From Botryllus schlosseri (lineage: Eukaryota), in NCBI GenBank assembly GCA_051294905.1, contig CM119371.1, positions 19,036,001-19,100,000 of the forward strand: a DNA stretch of 64,000 nt, written 5' to 3'. The notes under the pieces were generated by a model, which did not search any database, was not told the DNA's origin, and saw only the letters and a list, made by a program, of their open reading frames with translations. A program made the translations under genes and the position numbers. Below are positions 61,010 to 64,000 of the stretch, one piece after another (positions within the stretch are counted from its first letter, which is position 1; every line of letters starts with the position of its first letter).

Positions 61010-61120
61010 GCCGTCTACTACACACGGTATTCCCAGCCGGTCACCCATGCAAGTACTAACCGGGCCCAACGTTGCTTGACTTCCGAGATCGGGTATATTC
61101 AACGTGGTATGGTCGTAGGC
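61010..61120 (-). pseudogene. RNA5S: Edge 5S copy (B body, C 3' end) with a 10-bp deletion in helix III/loop C
   Basis: TTCCGAGATC^GGGTAT lacks GGACGAGATC, a deletion between CGAGATCGG direct repeats. Confidence 0.85.
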
Positions 61121-62732
61121 GAGTGTGGTTACCAATTCGGCCGTTTTATGTTGACAATTTCCGTTGCCATGTTGTCGACGAGACGCCAGAAAAGCAGATT
61201 GTCTGATTGCGCTGGGGCATTTTCAACCCGTCTGCCAGCGGTCGAATATCGTTGGCATCCTGCTCTGTTCTTGTATCATGTCGACAAACACACAAGTAAG
61301 CTCTCGCTGTCAGAGTAGTTATTTTATTGCACTTTCCGTCATGTCAAAACAGTACGAGAGTTTAATATAATGAAAATGTGTTAGGCCTAGTATGACTACA
61401 AATTGAAATAAGCGGCGGCCAGCAAATGATGACATTCATAGTTGTACGTAGGCCTACGTGCGCATACAAAACAGTTGTAATCTAATTATCAAATAATGCA
61501 GGAAGTTCAGGCTTCCCGCATGCTGCTGCCTGCTATCCGATCGTTGCCCTTGTTCACGTGCCACGAGTTGGGCTCTTAAACCAGCACACACAAAAATAAC
61601 ATACCGGCATTTCAGTAACATCGAAAGCGTTTTTTACTTGCTATTTCGTTGAACCCAGCACAGGGCTGCAACACATCAAACACGGAACAGGATCAGCGAG
61701 ATCAAACAGGAAAAAAAACATTGTTCTACACCACACAATCAAAATTGCCCTACCCGCAAGGCCGCAATGTCCCGTGCCGCACAACAGCACATCCGCATTG
61801 CAGACATTGCGATATTACATTTGTTCCAAGCATACATTAGTTGACCAGATATCGTTTTTCTCGAAATGCTTCCGACCTACATACCTTGATGTATATTCGA
61901 GCACAACACATCTAGCGACACTGAGTCTGCAGACTATACTTGCCGTCAATAAATAATTATTCGCAAAATAATCGCCGTGCAACAATACCAATGCATGTAA
62001 ACCTGATTTCAAAGAGCAGTCAACATTATTGAATAGGTGATGCAGACCTGAGCGCCTACACTTTTCGAGGGCAAAAGAATATTGCAAAGCACAAAAAATT
62101 GTAGATGTGCGCTCAGGCTAAAATCATAACCACTTGAGTAAGTATAGTGTAAGTATGCAAGACATACTCCAGTACTTCGAAAGAGTAGTATTTTGTTAGG
62201 GACCACTTCTGGTGACACTTCAGCAGAGGTGCCGAATACAGTCATCGTTCATGCTCTAGTAGAGGTAGCAGTAACGCTGTATATTTCTACTCAAGTACAA
62301 GTAGTAGTGGAAGGTAAGTTTTCTAGGTTTCGTTTTGCTTTAAAACTATGAAGTAGAAATGCAATAGTTTATGAATATGCAATAGTTTGTACAAGTATGC
62401 CAGACACGGTACTTGGTGGCGCGATCACCAATCTAGTCTCTATCAGATAATTTGTAAAGGTACAGTCCAGGAATGAGGTGCAGCAGAAAGTTGACTCAAC
62501 ACTTCGGAAGCTGGTGGGTGTGCTCCTCTGTCGCATGAAAGAGTATTTGCTCTTCGCCATAGGTGGTCAAAGTTGCTGGCGATCATATGGTGCTTTCATT
62601 TCAGGAAGAATGGCGCTTACAACTGGCAAAGAAATAACTGGCATTAATATATCTCAGGGCGGGAATGTGATTGGTATTTTTGCTCTGTTTTCAGATATTA
62701 CATCAGGGATAAATTTCTGATTAAGTGAGGTA

Positions 62733-63780
62733 CGGAGTTGTTGAGTAAGTCACAAGGCTCCGAATCACAAGTCAATCTGACTTTTATAGTTTTGACTCGA
62801 GTCAAGTCGAGTCATTTTCAATTCACCACCGAGTCCAAGTCGCCGAGCAGAGGGTCGAGTCTGAGTCATGGTGTTATGACTAGAGTCCGAGTCCAAGTCA
62901 TTGTGTTGACTGCCCAGTTTCCAGTTAAGGTCTCGTTAAACCCACTTTTATAACTCTGTTTTGTGATATCGAATGGTTCGCATTTATATTATACTAATTT
63001 TCCTCGCATTTAGCAGTTTGTGGTCGCATTTTCAAGTACCAGTACCAATATACGAAATCCCAATAAGGTGGTTACTTTACTATTCTTCGGAATTACAATG
63101 AAATGTTGGTCTTTGCCGTCCGATTCTCGAGTCATATGACTTGGTTCGAGTCACGCACAATGACTCGAGTCCAAGTCGAGTCAATACACAGATTGACTCG
63201 AGCCGAGTCGAGTCATTTTCGTATTTTGAGACAATGACTCGAGTCAAGTTAAGTCATCAGAAAATCGTGACTCGACTCGGACTCGAGTCATTACAACCCT
63301 GGGGAAAATCCAGTAACTACCCAGGTGATTTGATTTTGAGTCGACTGTTCGAGTCAGCATTGGGCAAAATCGAGTCAAGACTTGAATAAATCACATTTTT
63401 TAATGACTTGACTCTACTCAAGTCACCACCCGAGACTGACTTAAAAGAAGTCACTACTAGGCCCGGGCAAAATTGAGTACCTGGGTGACATGATTCTGAG
63501 CACTGAGATCACGTCAAATTAATTATCCCAGTAAAAACTTGACTCGAGTTACTGATTTTAAATGACTTGATTTGAGTCACATCTGAGTCTCAGTAAAATC
63601 GAGTACTGTGCGATATTATTACCAGTCAAGTACGAGTATTTAAATTTGATTTAAGTTGGCTATATATTTCAGTTTGCATTGAGTCACATTTTGCAGTGAA
63701 TTGAATCGACTCGAGTCGCTACCCAAAACTGGCTACTAGGGTTGGACAAAATCAAGTGCCCGGGTTTGAGTCCATTCGAG
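62733..63780. repeat. Cluster of GACTCGAGTC-rich MITE-like repeats
   Basis: Dense GACTCGAGTC/CAAGTC motifs as in the 14454-14656 MITE; a hAT-like end TTACAACCCTG near 63301; boundaries approximate. Confidence 0.65.
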
Positions 63781-64000
63781 CGCCATTCATCATAATATCA
63801 TACCAGTATTGATTGCATAGAAAGTTCAATTACGTATGTGGATTATATATTCCCAATCGCACGTCATCAAAAATGATCCGTTCATTCTCGTCAATAACCA
63901 TTGCATAGCGCTTTGCGATCATCCTGCTGGTGGATCGAATCGCAGCACAAATCTCCTTTCAATGAATATAAGTACCATGCGTTGGATGCTTCATTACAAT

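Larger units (their letters stand above)
42292..61487 (-). repeat. 5S rDNA array segment 3 (37 genes; dimers and ~2033-bp tetramers); array ends near 61487
   Basis: Tandem units; homology stops after ACAGTTGTAATCTAATT. Confidence 0.97.

Noticed and set aside
18957..61370. Dozens of recurring 60-136 aa ORFs (MGPVSTCMGDRLG.., MRIQNSCKQ.., MCDKNAK..)
   Set aside because: They are translations of the 5S gene and spacer, recur only because the DNA is repeated, and gain or lose stops freely.
18585..61487. CRISPR-like repeat/spacer array
   Set aside because: The repeats are ~120-bp 5S genes, the spacers are themselves repeated, there are no cas genes and the context is eukaryotic.
61488..62730. 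Host protein-coding gene in the right flank
   Set aside because: Only short ORFs with no recognisable domain or convincing exon structure.

Overview
Animal (metazoan) genomic DNA, not prokaryotic; the lineage cannot be fixed from this window. Most of the window is a minus-strand tandem 5S rRNA array of 70 copies counted by eye (5197-61487). Its basic unit is a 1023-bp heterodimer of two diverged 5S types (A, then B or its variant C). In the right third this becomes a ~2033-bp tetramer that includes an 8-bp-deleted pseudogene. Three large DNA elements interrupt the array. (1) The right end of a Polinton/Maverick (1-5196) sits in the 3' end of a 5S gene. It encodes a protein-primed DNA polymerase B whose N-terminal, putative terminal-protein domain appears duplicated and split off as a separate ORF, plus an OB-fold protein. 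(2) A 12.4-kb element (6164-18584) has GG-ended TIRs and an 8-bp TSD (Merlin-like ends). It carries a tRNA-Ile primer-binding site, a small transmembrane ORF, an intact Gag-like ORF with three ESCRT late-domain motifs and an aspartic protease remnant, but I found no RT, integrase or transposase. (3) An 8.1-kb CACTG element (34158-42291) with a 2-bp TSD holds nested MITEs, telomere-like repeats and a SINE. The ORF-track entries inside the 5S array are spurious. Family assignments rest on motifs I recognised; no searches were run.
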